Below, one piece after another: positions 20,086 through 31,392 of a stretch of DNA of 64,000 bases. The notes under the pieces were generated by a model that searched no databases, was not told where the DNA came from, and saw only the letters and a program-made list of their open reading frames with translations. Each line of letters starts with the position of its first letter. The stretch's first letter is position 1. The DNA lies in assembly GCA_036562625.1 (NCBI GenBank), contig DATCJV010000037.1, positions 2,012 through 66,011 on the forward strand, written 5' to 3'. Origin of the DNA: Bacillota bacterium. GTDB taxonomy: Bacteria > Bacillota > UBA4882 > UBA10575. Made by a program: the position numbers and the translations under genes.

Positions 20086-21774
20086 ATGTTTACTATGAAG
20101 CAACCGGTCTTCCGCGAAGTACAAAACCGCATGAAAGAGGAGATACGGCAGGCTTGGGCAAAGGCCAACCAGGAAGGGCTGTTACCTGAACCCACTGGTG
20201 ATATTGAGATCTTGCTGGAGATCCCCAAGGAAAGAGCACATGGTAATTTCGCCACAAATCTTGCATTTGTTTTGGCCAAACCCGCCCGGCGCGCTCCGCG
20301 GGAAATCGCAACAATACTAGTTGATAAACTGGTCGATTCAGATCTGGTTGACCGGGCGGAAGTGGCCGGACCCGGATTCATCAACTTTTTTCTGAAGCAA
20401 TCTTGGTTGAACAGGGTACTCTCTGCACTGGTAGAGGCGCCGGAGGAATATGGCAGAGTGGATGACCTAGCCGGAAAAAAGATTCAGCTTGAATTTGTCA
20501 GCGCTAATCCGGTTGGACCAATGAATGTGGTAAATGCCAGAGCCGGGGCTTTGGGTGACAGTTTAGCCAGGCTTTTTATGTTTTGCGGAGCGGAGGTCGC
20601 CAAGGAATACTACATCAATGACTACGGAATCCAGGTTTATACTTTGGGCCGCTCTATTGATGCCCGCTATCGGGAATTATTAGGGCAAGAGGTTGCCTTC
20701 CCGGAAGATGGTTATCAAGGTGAGTATATTTATGACCTGGCCCGTGCTTTGATCGAGGAGAAAGGCCGCTCTTTACTGGAGATGACGGAGGAGAAACGGA
20801 TCGAGGCCTGCCGAGACTGGGGGTATAAGAAGATACTCGCTTCCCAACAAAAGGATTTGGAGGATTATGGAATCATCTATGATCAATGGTTTTCCGAGCG
20901 AAGTCTGCATGAGGCGGGCCGGGTGGATCAAGTTGTGGCTGAAATGAAGGAGAGGGGCCTGTTATATGAAGAGGAAGGGGCCGTTTGGTTTCGAACCACT
21001 GAATTTGGAGACGATAAAGACAGGGTAGTGAGAACGGCCGATGGCCGCACCACTTATTTTGTGGCAGATATCGCCTACCATTTAAATAAATTTGCCCGGG
21101 GCTTTGATCATTTAATTAATATCTGGGGGCCGGATCATCATGGGTACATCCCCAGAATGAAAGCGGCCATGGCCGCCTTTGGCTTTAATCCGAACCGGCT
21201 GGAGGTTTTGATCGCCCAACAAATCAATCTGTTAAAAGAAGGAAAACCCTTTAAAATGTCTAAACGGCGTGGGGAGTTTATCACCATGCGCGATCTCTTG
21301 GAGGAAGTGGGAAATGACGCTGCTCGTTGGTACTTCTTGATGCGCAGCCCTGACAGTCATCTGGATTTCGACTTGGAACTGGCCAAAAAAGAGACAGCGG
21401 AAAACCCCGTTTTTTATGTGCAATACGCGTACGCCAGGATTTCCAGTATTTTTAGACAATTGGATGGGGAATTCACCCCGGATCCGGAGTTCATTGCCAC
21501 TGTGGTCTGGGAAGATGATGAACAGGAGATCCTGGAGAAAGTGGCGGTCTTTCCGGAGGTGGTGAGCAGCGCTGCCCGGGAGCGGGAGCCGCACAGACTG
21601 ACAAATTACCTTTTGGATCTGGCCACACTCTTTCATTCATATTATAATCGTAAACGGTTTTTAACAGAGGAGGAGCAGTTAACCAAAGCCCGACTTTTGC
21701 TGGCCTATGCCGTACAGAACGTTGTCCGGAATGGGCTGGGTTTATTGGGGATATCCGCTCCGGAACAAATGTAG
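20086..21774 (+). CDS. argS: Arginine--tRNA ligase
   Basis: Class I HIGH-like motif region (SANPVGPMNVVNARAG), the KMSKR-like motif FKMSKRRG, and a DALR anticodon-binding C-terminus. Confidence 0.93.
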   Translation: MFTMKQPVFREVQNRMKEEIRQAWAKANQEGLLPEPTGDIEILLEIPKERAHGNFATNLAFVLAKPARRAPREIATILVDKLVDSDLVDRAEVAGPGFINFFLKQSWLNRVLSALVEAPEEYGRVDDLAGKKIQLEFVSANPVGPMNVVNARAGALGDSLARLFMFCGAEVAKEYYINDYGIQVYTLGRSIDARYRELLGQEVAFPEDGYQGEYIYDLARALIEEKGRSLLEMTEEKRIEACRDWGYKKILASQQKDLEDYGIIYDQWFSERSLHEAGRVDQVVAEMKERGLLYEEEGAVWFRTTEFGDDKDRVVRTADGRTTYFVADIAYHLNKFARGFDHLINIWGPDHHGYIPRMKAAMAAFGFNPNRLEVLIAQQINLLKEGKPFKMSKRRGEFITMRDLLEEVGNDAARWYFLMRSPDSHLDFDLELAKKETAENPVFYVQYAYARISSIFRQLDGEFTPDPEFIATVVWEDDEQEILEKVAVFPEVVSSAAREREPHRLTNYLLDLATLFHSYYNRKRFLTEEEQLTKARLLLAYAVQNVVRNGLGLLGISAPEQM

Positions 21775-21785
21775 GGAGGCTAATA

Positions 21786-22571
21786 ATGGGGTATGAACAG
21801 ACTTATTCCCGGAATCCTTGGCAGATCATCAAGAAAACAGCAGTTGATCTATACAACCATATGACTTATACAGCGGTAATGAGTGTACTCTGGCTAATTA
21901 CAATGCTGCCGGTTGGGTTCATTGGCCTTTTATTCCTGACCGAAGTTGGAAACAATCCGATAGGCGTGTTATTACAGTTAGTTCCGATCGCAGCTCTCTA
22001 TGGCGCCTTCATTCTTGGTCCGGTACACTGTGGCCTGTATTACTTGGCCGGAGAGATCATTGAGGATGTAGCCCGGCTGGGAAGCTTGTGGGAAGGATTA
22101 CGGCAAAAGTATGCCTTGGCGGCCAAGGTGTATGCCATATATTCATTTATCTTACTCTTTACCATAGCCGACTTTTACATTGCTTTCTTTTTCTTCTCTG
22201 CGCTTTCCATGAAGATTATCGGGATTATCCTCTTTTATATGCTGCTTTTTCTGCTGATGATCGGAATTTACCTCCCCGGCTTTGTTGTGCGGCAAAACAA
22301 CACAGTGAGTAAAGTTTTTAAGAAGGCCGTCTTCGTTGTCCTGGACAATACGATTTTAACCCTGGTAATGGGAGCGATTTATTTACTGTTTCCTGTTTTA
22401 GCGTGCTTTATAAAGTTTCTCTTCCCTTTACTGATGTTTGGATATGGCGGATTTCTGCAATTTGCCGGAGTGAGAACTTTCTTTGGTATCCTCGATAAAT
22501 ATCCGGATCCGGTGAGCCCAGAGACCAACCTGCCGGAAGAGGACGGGCAGGAGTATTTGTCAGACCAGTAA
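21786..22571 (+). CDS. Polytopic membrane protein of unknown function (possibly DUF624/YesL-like)
   Basis: Five or six hydrophobic helices with an acidic C-terminal tail. Family assignment is uncertain. Confidence 0.45.
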   Translation: MGYEQTYSRNPWQIIKKTAVDLYNHMTYTAVMSVLWLITMLPVGFIGLLFLTEVGNNPIGVLLQLVPIAALYGAFILGPVHCGLYYLAGEIIEDVARLGSLWEGLRQKYALAAKVYAIYSFILLFTIADFYIAFFFFSALSMKIIGIILFYMLLFLLMIGIYLPGFVVRQNNTVSKVFKKAVFVVLDNTILTLVMGAIYLLFPVLACFIKFLFPLLMFGYGGFLQFAGVRTFFGILDKYPDPVSPETNLPEEDGQEYLSDQ

Positions 22572-22628
22572 TGGGGGTTTACATTTATAGGTGAGTTATA
22601 CTATCGCCCGACGAAATGATCTGAATAA

Positions 22629-24272
<1,644 letters not shown>

Positions 24273-24283
24273 GAGAAGTTGAG

Positions 24284-24314
24284 AGCCTGAATAAAAGTTC
24301 AGGCTTTTCTTTTT
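24284..24314 (+). terminator. Rho-independent terminator after pyrG
   Basis: AGCCTGAA-TAAAAG-TTCAGGCT followed by TTTCTTTTT. Confidence 0.8.
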
Positions 24315-24404
24315 CAGCCAGGAGATTAGTGGAAACTCATTTCCGGCAGGAAATGCCAGGCTAATTGAGAATTTTTAAAGGAGGAGAAATTTGGGGGTGT
24401 TGCT

Positions 24405-25253
24405 TTGATTATAGAAAGATTAAGGCAAAAATATGCCCAAAACAAAGCAGAGTACAGGCGAAAGGTTGCTCAGGTTATCGGGTGGATTGTGCTTGTTTTG
24501 GCCAGTCCTGTTTTCATGCTCATCGATGCGGTACGGCCCAGTAGTTCCCGGAAGATTCTCCTCGCTTATTTGTGGTTTATGGTTATTTTTCTCTGCTTAA
24601 CAGCTGTCTGTTATTGGAGTAACGATAGAACCATCTCCAGGCTTCAAAGCTTATTGGGACGCTTCTTCTATCCTCAGGAAGTAGTGGCAGCCTTGAATAA
24701 AGACACTGCCGAATTGGTAAATCGGTATTCCGTGATGTTTAACATAAATCCCCAGTTGATTAACGCCATTATTCAAGTAGAAAGCAACAATAATCCAAAA
24801 GCCCGTTCTCCCAAGGGCGCTGCCGGTTTAATGCAGATTATGCCGGCGGTTTGGCGGCAATACAATCCAAATTCTCGGTGCGATGGCAGGCATCTGCCAG
24901 ACAAGGTTGATCATGGAACAGATTGTATTTACAATGTAGAAGCTAATATCAGAACAGGGGTGCGTCATCTACGCTTTCTCATCGATTATTTCCACGGGGA
25001 GATTGGAATGGCGATTGAAGCGTATAATGCTGGCTTAGTCAATGTTGATCTCGATAGAAACAGGCCGAAATTCAAAGAAACCAGAGATTATTTACATAGA
25101 ATCGCCACAGTAATGACGCCAGCCACCACTCCCAGTATAACCAGAAAGCTTTCCATGGTAATGCGCTCAAAAGTTTTGGTCCGAAGAATGCTGATTATTT
25201 CGCAAATGCTATGGGGGATCCTGATCTTCTGGCTGTTCAAGCGGGTTATATAA
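24405..25253 (+). CDS. Membrane-anchored lytic transglycosylase (SLT domain)
   Basis: N-terminal TM helices followed by INAIIQVESNNNPKARSPKGAAGLMQIMP and AYNAG motifs. Confidence 0.8.
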   Translation: MIIERLRQKYAQNKAEYRRKVAQVIGWIVLVLASPVFMLIDAVRPSSSRKILLAYLWFMVIFLCLTAVCYWSNDRTISRLQSLLGRFFYPQEVVAALNKDTAELVNRYSVMFNINPQLINAIIQVESNNNPKARSPKGAAGLMQIMPAVWRQYNPNSRCDGRHLPDKVDHGTDCIYNVEANIRTGVRHLRFLIDYFHGEIGMAIEAYNAGLVNVDLDRNRPKFKETRDYLHRIATVMTPATTPSITRKLSMVMRSKVLVRRMLIISQMLWGILIFWLFKRVI

Positions 25254-25309
25254 TTTTCCCTATCAAAGCATAAATTAATATTTAACCGGAATAGATGTGG
25301 TAGGGAAGC

Positions 25310-25648
25310 GTGCTAACTTCTGTATACAGAAGGAGGGGGAGACTGGTGGAGTTTATTGACTGGCAACTAAGCTCGATGTCCATTTTGTTTATAACTGGTG
25401 TATTCTGGGGTTTACTTTTTGATCTACATAATTATGCCAAGACAAAAAGTAGCCGGGTAAAAAAGGCCGGTGGGATCAGGGATTTTTTCTTCTGGGTGTG
25501 CTCCTTTTTTCTTATCGCGCCTCTGATCTTCGTCGCCAACTGGCTCGAACTCCGGCTATATGTCTGGTTTAGTATAGGAATGGGGCTTATTGCTTATTAC
25601 TATTTGTTTCATCCATCGTTGGTATCGGTGTTTAGGTATAAAGGATAA
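25310..25648 (+). CDS. yabQ: Spore cortex biosynthesis protein YabQ
   Basis: A small 3-TM protein. WGLLFDLHNY...IRDFFFWVCSFF...ANWLELRLYVWFSIGMGLIAYYYL aligns by eye with B. subtilis YabQ, and the gene lies directly upstream of divIC. Confidence 0.65.
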   Translation: MLTSVYRRRGRLVEFIDWQLSSMSILFITGVFWGLLFDLHNYAKTKSSRVKKAGGIRDFFFWVCSFFLIAPLIFVANWLELRLYVWFSIGMGLIAYYYLFHPSLVSVFRYKG

Positions 25649-25786
25649 AGTATATTCCAATTACCGTACTGTCAATTGGCAGGAAAGAGTAGAGAACCAG
25701 CGAAGTATAATACGATTCTCAATAAAAACACCAAGATGTTCCAGGTGGAATAAGACCGAGGTCAACTGGGAAAGGGGAGGCTAATC

Positions 25787-26167
25787 ATGGGACGGAGACC
25801 CCAATACCACCGGGCAAAATTTTTTGAGCAGACGCCGGACAGGCCAAACCCGCAGGTTAGAATAAAGAAACGATACCACCTGCGTCTCTTCGGCTATAGA
25901 ATCAGGGTATTGTCTCTAGTATTACTCATCATTTTCTGCTCCGTCCTCTATCATATCATAGTCGGGCTTCATGGTTTGGTTGTGAATTACCTCAAGTTGG
26001 CGGAGAGTGAAAAGGCCATCGAAGAAAGAATCAGAATGAAACAGGCTTTGGAGTTGGAGAAGGAACTTTGGAAGACTGATGAGTTTTTGGAGGAAGAAGC
26101 CAGAAAGCTGGGCTTGATCAAACCGGGAGAGCTTTTTTCTTCTAAAACCGGTACCAATGAAGAGTAG
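25787..26167 (+). CDS. divIC: Septum formation initiator (FtsB/DivIC family)
   Basis: A single TM helix followed by a coiled coil, with C-terminal EFLEEEARKLGLIKPGE. Confidence 0.8.
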   Translation: MGRRPQYHRAKFFEQTPDRPNPQVRIKKRYHLRLFGYRIRVLSLVLLIIFCSVLYHIIVGLHGLVVNYLKLAESEKAIEERIRMKQALELEKELWKTDEFLEEEARKLGLIKPGELFSSKTGTNEE

Positions 26168-26207
26168 ATTTGCTTCTGTTTTACCCAAGCATTAAGGAGG
26201 AACAGGT

Positions 26208-28391
26208 TTGGATATAATCAAGGAATTGGCGAGAGAATTAGGATTGTCCGTGATACAAGTAAGCAGAACTGTAGAATTACTGGAGCAAGGTAACACCTTG
26301 CCTTTTATTGCAAGGTACAGGAAGGAAGTAACCGGAGGTCTTGACGACGAACAACTTAAAAGGCTGGAGGAACGCTTAAATTATCTGCGTAATCTTCAGG
26401 ATAGAAAAGAAGAGGTTCTCCGCCTCATTGATGAACAGGGAAAGCTCACAGAAGATTTGGCAAAACAGATAAAGGAAGCCACCAAACTGCAAGAGGTCGA
26501 AGAATACTATCGGCCTTTCCGGCCAAAACGGCGGACGCGGGCTACGATTGCCAGAGAAAATGGGTTAGCGCCGTTGGCGGCTTTAATCAAAGAGGAAAGT
26601 ATTACCGAGGGTAGCCTGGAGCAGATTGCCGGGGAGTATGTACGCCCCGATGTACAGGTGAATACAGTGGAAGAGGCTCTGGCCGGCGCCATGGATATAG
26701 TGGCTGAAGAAATTTCTGATGATCATAATCTTCGACGGATCGTACGGGAGTTCATTTGGGAGGAAGCGCTGATCGCCTCCGAATTTAAAGAAGGTTCTCC
26801 TTCGGATGCGGCGGCGGACGCCAAAGAGGGCGCTGTTTACCGGCAATATCACCACTATACGGAGGCAGTAAAGAAGATTCCTCCCCATAGAATTCTCGCC
26901 ATAAATCGTGGGGAAAAAGAAGGTTATCTCAAAGTAGAATTACAACTGGATAAAACAGCGCTCATATCCAAACTGGAAAGACTGGTGGTAAAAAATACGG
27001 CCTCCATTTTTACGGAGTATCTGCGTAAAGCGGTGGAAGATGCCTTTTCTCGTCTGATCTGGCCAAGTATAGAGCGGGAAATCAGGGCAAGTCTGACCGA
27101 AAAAGCAGAAGAACAGGCTATTAAAGTGTTTGCCATGAATCTGCGACAGCTTTTACTGCAACCACCGGTCCGGGGAAAAAGGGTGATGGGTATTGACCCC
27201 GGATTTCGGACAGGATGTAAGGTGGCGGTGGTAGACGAGATTGGTAGAGTAATGGCTACGGAGACCATCTACCCACACCCGCCGGTCAATAAAACCAATG
27301 AAGCCAGGCAGACGGTGACCGCTATGATTCATGATTATCAAGTGGAGTTGGTGGCGATTGGGAACGGAACGGCCAGCCGGGAAACGGAGGAGTTCATCGC
27401 CGACCTATTGCCACAATGCGGCCGGGAGGTATATTACTGTTTAGTGAGTGAAGCCGGAGCCTCTGTTTACTCTGCTTCCAAATTGGCCCGGGAGGAACTT
27501 CCCGATTTGGATGTATCCATGCGTGGGACTATTTCCATCGCCCGCCGGCTACAGGACCCCTTGGCTGAACTGGTTAAGATTGAACCCAAATCGATTGGTG
27601 TAGGTCAATACCAGCATGATGTCAACCAAAAGGAACTGGGCGATACCTTGCAGTGGGTAGTAGAATCCTGCGTCAATTTTGTGGGAGTAGACTTGAATAC
27701 GGCCTCGCCGGCTCTTCTTCAGAATGTGGCCGGCATTGGACCATCTCTAGCCAAGGCGATTGTGGAGTACAGAGAAGCCAACGGCGCCTTTAAAAAGAGG
27801 GAAGAATTATTAAAAGTAAAGAGGCTGGGGAAGAAAGCTTTTGTCCAAGCAGCCGGATTTCTAAGATTGCCGGATGGGGAGAATCCCTTGGAGAACACCG
27901 GGATCCATCCGGAATCGTATCAAGCGGCGGAAAAATTACTTGCTTCCTTTGGATTCAGCAAGGAGGATCTGAGGGATGGCGCCCGTCTGGGAGCGTTGAG
28001 AGAGAGGTTACAGAAGATAAATCTGGAAGTCACCGCTGAAAAATTAGGTGTAGGAGTTCCCACTTTAAAGGATATTGTCGAAGCTTTGGCTAAACCCGGG
28101 CGTGACCCGCGCGAAGAGATGCCAAAGCCGCTCTTTAGGAAAGACGTGAAGACTTTGGCAGATCTGCGTCCGGGAATGGCACTGACCGGGGAAGTTAGAA
28201 ACGTAGTTGATTTTGGCGTCTTCGTTGATATTGGCGTCAAAGAAGACGGGCTTGTTCATATTTCGGAATTGAGTGAGAGGTACGTCAAACACCCGTTGGA
28301 GGTGGTATCCGTAGGGCAGACGGTTAACGTCAGGGTGCTCAAGGTTGATCTGGAGAGTAAACGGATCTCACTTTCCATGAAAGGTGTTTGA
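26208..28391 (+). CDS. tex: Tex-like transcription accessory protein (S1 RNA-binding domain protein YhgF)
   Basis: Tex N-terminal domain (NTLPFIARYRKE), YqgF/RuvC-like fold (VMGIDPGFRTGCKVAVVD), HhH region and C-terminal S1 domain (GEVRNVVDFGVFVDIGVKEDGLVHISEL). Confidence 0.92.
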   Translation: MDIIKELARELGLSVIQVSRTVELLEQGNTLPFIARYRKEVTGGLDDEQLKRLEERLNYLRNLQDRKEEVLRLIDEQGKLTEDLAKQIKEATKLQEVEEYYRPFRPKRRTRATIARENGLAPLAALIKEESITEGSLEQIAGEYVRPDVQVNTVEEALAGAMDIVAEEISDDHNLRRIVREFIWEEALIASEFKEGSPSDAAADAKEGAVYRQYHHYTEAVKKIPPHRILAINRGEKEGYLKVELQLDKTALISKLERLVVKNTASIFTEYLRKAVEDAFSRLIWPSIEREIRASLTEKAEEQAIKVFAMNLRQLLLQPPVRGKRVMGIDPGFRTGCKVAVVDEIGRVMATETIYPHPPVNKTNEARQTVTAMIHDYQVELVAIGNGTASRETEEFIADLLPQCGREVYYCLVSEAGASVYSASKLAREELPDLDVSMRGTISIARRLQDPLAELVKIEPKSIGVGQYQHDVNQKELGDTLQWVVESCVNFVGVDLNTASPALLQNVAGIGPSLAKAIVEYREANGAFKKREELLKVKRLGKKAFVQAAGFLRLPDGENPLENTGIHPESYQAAEKLLASFGFSKEDLRDGARLGALRERLQKINLEVTAEKLGVGVPTLKDIVEALAKPGRDPREEMPKPLFRKDVKTLADLRPGMALTGEVRNVVDFGVFVDIGVKEDGLVHISELSERYVKHPLEVVSVGQTVNVRVLKVDLESKRISLSMKGV

Positions 28392-28426
28392 GAGGGCAGG
28401 AATAATTAGTTTTTGTTTTGCACTGC

Positions 28427-28456
28427 TTGACAACACATTTTTGACTAGGATATAAT
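28427..28456 (+). promoter_or_regulatory. SigA-type promoter upstream of yabR
   Basis: TTGACA (28427-28432), an 18-nt spacer, then TATAAT (28451-28456). Confidence 0.55.
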
Positions 28457-28552
28457 ATGATATATTAAGCTTAGTTAAGAGAGTTATATCTCCCGTTTGT
28501 TCGGGAAACTTTTTCTGGGCAGCCGAATACAAAGAGGAGGAAGAGGCGTAGG

Positions 28553-28927
28553 ATGTCTTTTTCTGTGGGCCAGATTGTGGACGGAAAGGTAACGGGGATA
28601 ACGAATTTTGGCGCATTCATTGAGCTCTCCCCTGGGATTACTGGATTGGTCCATATTTCTGAAGTTGCTGATGTCTATGTCAAAGATATCAAAGAGTTTT
28701 TGAAGGTAAGCGATGTTGTAAAGGTTAAGATTCTATCTATGCAAGAAGGAAAAATCGGGCTATCGATCCGGCAGGCCCAACCAAGGCCCAAACAAAGTCG
28801 TCAATCATTTGAAGACAAACTATCCAAATTTTTGAAGGATTCTGAGGAGAGGCAGTCGGAGTTAAAGAAGAGTTTAGATTCTAAACGGGGCGGTAGAGGC
28901 AGAGGACGGATTTCAAATTTTTTATAG
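28553..28927 (+). CDS. yabR: S1 RNA-binding domain protein YabR
   Basis: GQIVDGKVTGITNFGAFIELSPGITGLVHISEVAD is an S1 fold. A basic RGG tail follows. Confidence 0.85.
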   Translation: MSFSVGQIVDGKVTGITNFGAFIELSPGITGLVHISEVADVYVKDIKEFLKVSDVVKVKILSMQEGKIGLSIRQAQPRPKQSRQSFEDKLSKFLKDSEERQSELKKSLDSKRGGRGRGRISNFL

Positions 28928-29070
28928 AAGAAAACGGCCTATTGGCCGCTCTTCGGATCCGGTCTCTATCTTCGCCTTGTATAGAAAACCCGGCTAAATG
29001 AAGTGTTCTCTCTTCAGGAGGGCTCGTCCGATCCATGGTATAATTGGGAATAGATTTTTAGAGAAACTTC

Positions 29071-29099
29071 TTGATTACAATCGTATGATGTATTATAAT
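29071..29099 (+). promoter_or_regulatory. SigA-type promoter for the tRNA-Met/tRNA-Lys pair
   Basis: TTGATT (29071-29076), a 17-nt spacer, then TATAAT (29094-29099), 18 nt upstream of the tRNA. Confidence 0.6.
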
Positions 29100-29117
29100 A
29101 TAATATGCCGTTGTTTT

Positions 29118-29194
29118 GGCGGTGTAGCTCAGATGGTCAGAGCATACGGTTCATACCCGTAGTGTCACTGGTTCGAATCCAGTCACCGCCACCA
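29118..29194 (+). tRNA. tRNA-Met (anticodon CAT), elongator-like
   Basis: GGCGGTGTAGCTCAGATGG..., anticodon loop TTCATAC, T-arm GGTTCGAATCC, encoded CCA. It lacks the initiator features (1-72 mismatch, GGG/CCC anticodon stem). A lysidine-modified tRNA-Ile2 cannot be excluded. Confidence 0.8.
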
Positions 29195-29197
29195 TCA

Positions 29198-29273
<76 letters not shown>

Positions 29274-29286
29274 AATAGCAGATTAG

Positions 29287-29312
29287 AGCACATGAAAAAG
29301 ATGTGCTTTTTG
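29287..29312 (+). terminator. Rho-independent terminator (first of two after the tRNAs)
   Basis: AGCACAT-GAAAAAG-ATGTGCT followed by TTTTT. Confidence 0.65.
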
Positions 29313-29320
29313 TTTAAAAA

Positions 29321-29350
29321 ACCACCTTAACTGGACAAGGTGGTTTTTTT
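29321..29350 (+). terminator. Rho-independent terminator (second)
   Basis: ACCACCTT-AACTGGAC-AAGGTGGT followed by TTTTTTT. Confidence 0.75.
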
Positions 29351-29607
29351 GTCGGTCATCTAATTGATGACCAAAGAGGTAAACTGATCTTACGCAGAGA
29401 AGGGTTTTCCGCCGTACGGGCACTCTAAACAGGGGTGAAGGAGCTATGAGAAGAGCAACGTAGTAGCAAGAGTAGAATATACTAGTTTTGTTGGGTAAAA
29501 ATATGGTAATATAGAGCGACGGGGTAGACAGGAAAAGGCAAGTTTTCAAGATAATTAAGATTAAGCTTAGTAATTGTATGAAAAGATGAAAATAAGGAGG
29601 AGATCAA

Positions 29608-30108
29608 ATGTTAAACGAGATTATTTTTCAGACTGAACCGGAAATGATGAAACAGATGAGTACTGGTGGATTATTCTTGACCACCAAGGCAAAGACTGTG
29701 AATACGATGGTTATTGGATGGGGGGGAATAACTTATTTCTTCAACATTCCCATCTTTATTGTGCCGGTCAGGACTTCCAGATTCACGCATGAACAAATGG
29801 AAGATTCCACCTATTTTACGATAAGTGTTCCCCGTAGTGGAGAACTCCTAAAAGAGCTTGCCTTTTGTGGCAGAAAATCCGGGAGGGATTTTGATAAATT
29901 TCAGGAGTGTAAATTAACAGCGCAAGCAGGCCGGGTGGTGGACGTGCCAGTGATTAAAGAATGCTACCTTCATTATGAATGTGAAATCATTAATAAACAA
30001 CAACTTACACCGGAATTTTTGAACAGTGATCTTGAGCGCTGTTTCTATCAGGGTTCCGATTACCACACTTTATATTTTGGAAAGATCTTGACTTGTTATA
30101 CAACCTGA
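29608..30108 (+). CDS. Flavin reductase-like (FMN-binding split-barrel) protein
   Basis: The 166-aa length and the pattern LFLTTK...NTMVIGWGGI...IFIVPVRTSRFTHE...FTISVP are typical of flavin reductase-like domain proteins. RBS AAGGAGGAG. Confidence 0.5.
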   Translation: MLNEIIFQTEPEMMKQMSTGGLFLTTKAKTVNTMVIGWGGITYFFNIPIFIVPVRTSRFTHEQMEDSTYFTISVPRSGELLKELAFCGRKSGRDFDKFQECKLTAQAGRVVDVPVIKECYLHYECEIINKQQLTPEFLNSDLERCFYQGSDYHTLYFGKILTCYTT

Positions 30109-30149
30109 GGAAGTGCAGAGCCGGCAAGCGACTGGCCTTATAATAAAAA

Positions 30150-30944
30150 TCAAGGTATAGTATATTCTTCCAATGTTAGTCGCTTTGCGGCAATGACTAA
30201 AGCAGTTTTTTGTCCCACATACCGTAAATGCCACGGTTCATATTGATAGCCGGTAGTTTCTTCCCTGCCCTTGGGGTAGCGGATAATAAACCCATATTTA
30301 TGAGCGTTCTCCTGCAACCACCGGCCTTCTTTGGTTTCCCCAAATTCTTCGATTAATTGGTAACCGACTGCGGGAGCGGAGACGTCAATGGCCAATCCGG
30401 TTTGGTGCTCGCTCTCACCGGGTCTGGCGCTGACTTTGTTGGCTTCGGTTTCTCCTCTGATTTTACTATTATGGGTGAAGATCTCCTGCTGTCTTAGGTA
30501 TGAGCGATAGGCGGACACGCCCGCCAGTCGCAGACCATCACGTTCCGCTTGGTCGAAGAGCATTTCCACTGCGCGTGCTGCTTCTTGACGCATCTTTCTT
30601 TTTGGTAAATCTTCAGTAAAAGAAAAAGGGATATTGGGGACTACCAAATCTTTAGGCACATATTCCGCAGAGAGGACCCGTTCTTTATTGACTAACACTG
30701 TAACGGAATCTGCAGAAGCTGCCGGGATTTCTTGTCTTTTTGGGATTAGACCGGTATGGTTAGGGATAACCAGATAATAATTATCTACCTGCTTAATCAT
30801 TTTTTTTACACCTTTATTCTTTTTTTGATCCATACTTATTTTACCCTCGCCCGCTTTGTTCGCGACAAAAAGAGATTTGGGCTGTCCGCTGTAGCGCAAA
30901 ATTTTTATTGACGAAAAACAAAAAACTATTATAATATATTGCAC
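30150..30944 (-). CDS. D-alanyl-D-alanine carboxypeptidase (VanY / peptidase M15B)
   Basis: SAYRSY, SEHQTGLAIDV and EPWHLRYVG zinc-binding motifs. An internal ATG at 30833 (MDQKKNKG...) is a plausible alternative start. Confidence 0.85.
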   Translation of the reverse strand: MQYIIIVFCFSSIKILRYSGQPKSLFVANKAGEGKISMDQKKNKGVKKMIKQVDNYYLVIPNHTGLIPKRQEIPAASADSVTVLVNKERVLSAEYVPKDLVVPNIPFSFTEDLPKRKMRQEAARAVEMLFDQAERDGLRLAGVSAYRSYLRQQEIFTHNSKIRGETEANKVSARPGESEHQTGLAIDVSAPAVGYQLIEEFGETKEGRWLQENAHKYGFIIRYPKGREETTGYQYEPWHLRYVGQKTALVIAAKRLTLEEYTIP

Positions 30945-31050
30945 AGCTGGTTAATATTGTTAATTATGAGAGTTTTATCCTGCATGGTGGAAAGCCCTTT
31001 AAGGCGGGAAAAACAGAACTGAAAGTAAGACGGATTGAGGAGGACGATTT

Positions 31051-31245
31051 ATGGATTTGGAATCGATCTTTGAAGGACAAGTATTGCAGACTCGTGAAGA
31101 GGCGCTGGCTGTATTGGAAAGGAAAGGGAGTATTCGGTTGCTTGAAGCCGGGCCGGATGTACGGATTTATTGGTTTGGCACTGCTTCCGGAGAAAAGGTC
31201 CGGCTTCGTCTTTATAATGACGGCACCTGTGAAATTGTCGCATAA
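31051..31245 (+). CDS. Small hypothetical protein (64 aa)
   Basis: GAGGAGG lies 8 nt upstream of the ATG. No recognisable family. Confidence 0.45.
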   Translation: MDLESIFEGQVLQTREEALAVLERKGSIRLLEAGPDVRIYWFGTASGEKVRLRLYNDGTCEIVA

Positions 31246-31392
31246 ATGGTGTTAAGAAAAGAAGTAATACAACATCCAAGCTATTAAGGTTATGTAGAAG
31301 AAAAGAGCGGGGGAAAACTGAAGAAAGCATAAAGAAGTCATAAAGTTTGGCCGATAATAGATATGGGGAATCTTACGAAGGAGAGAAGGAAG

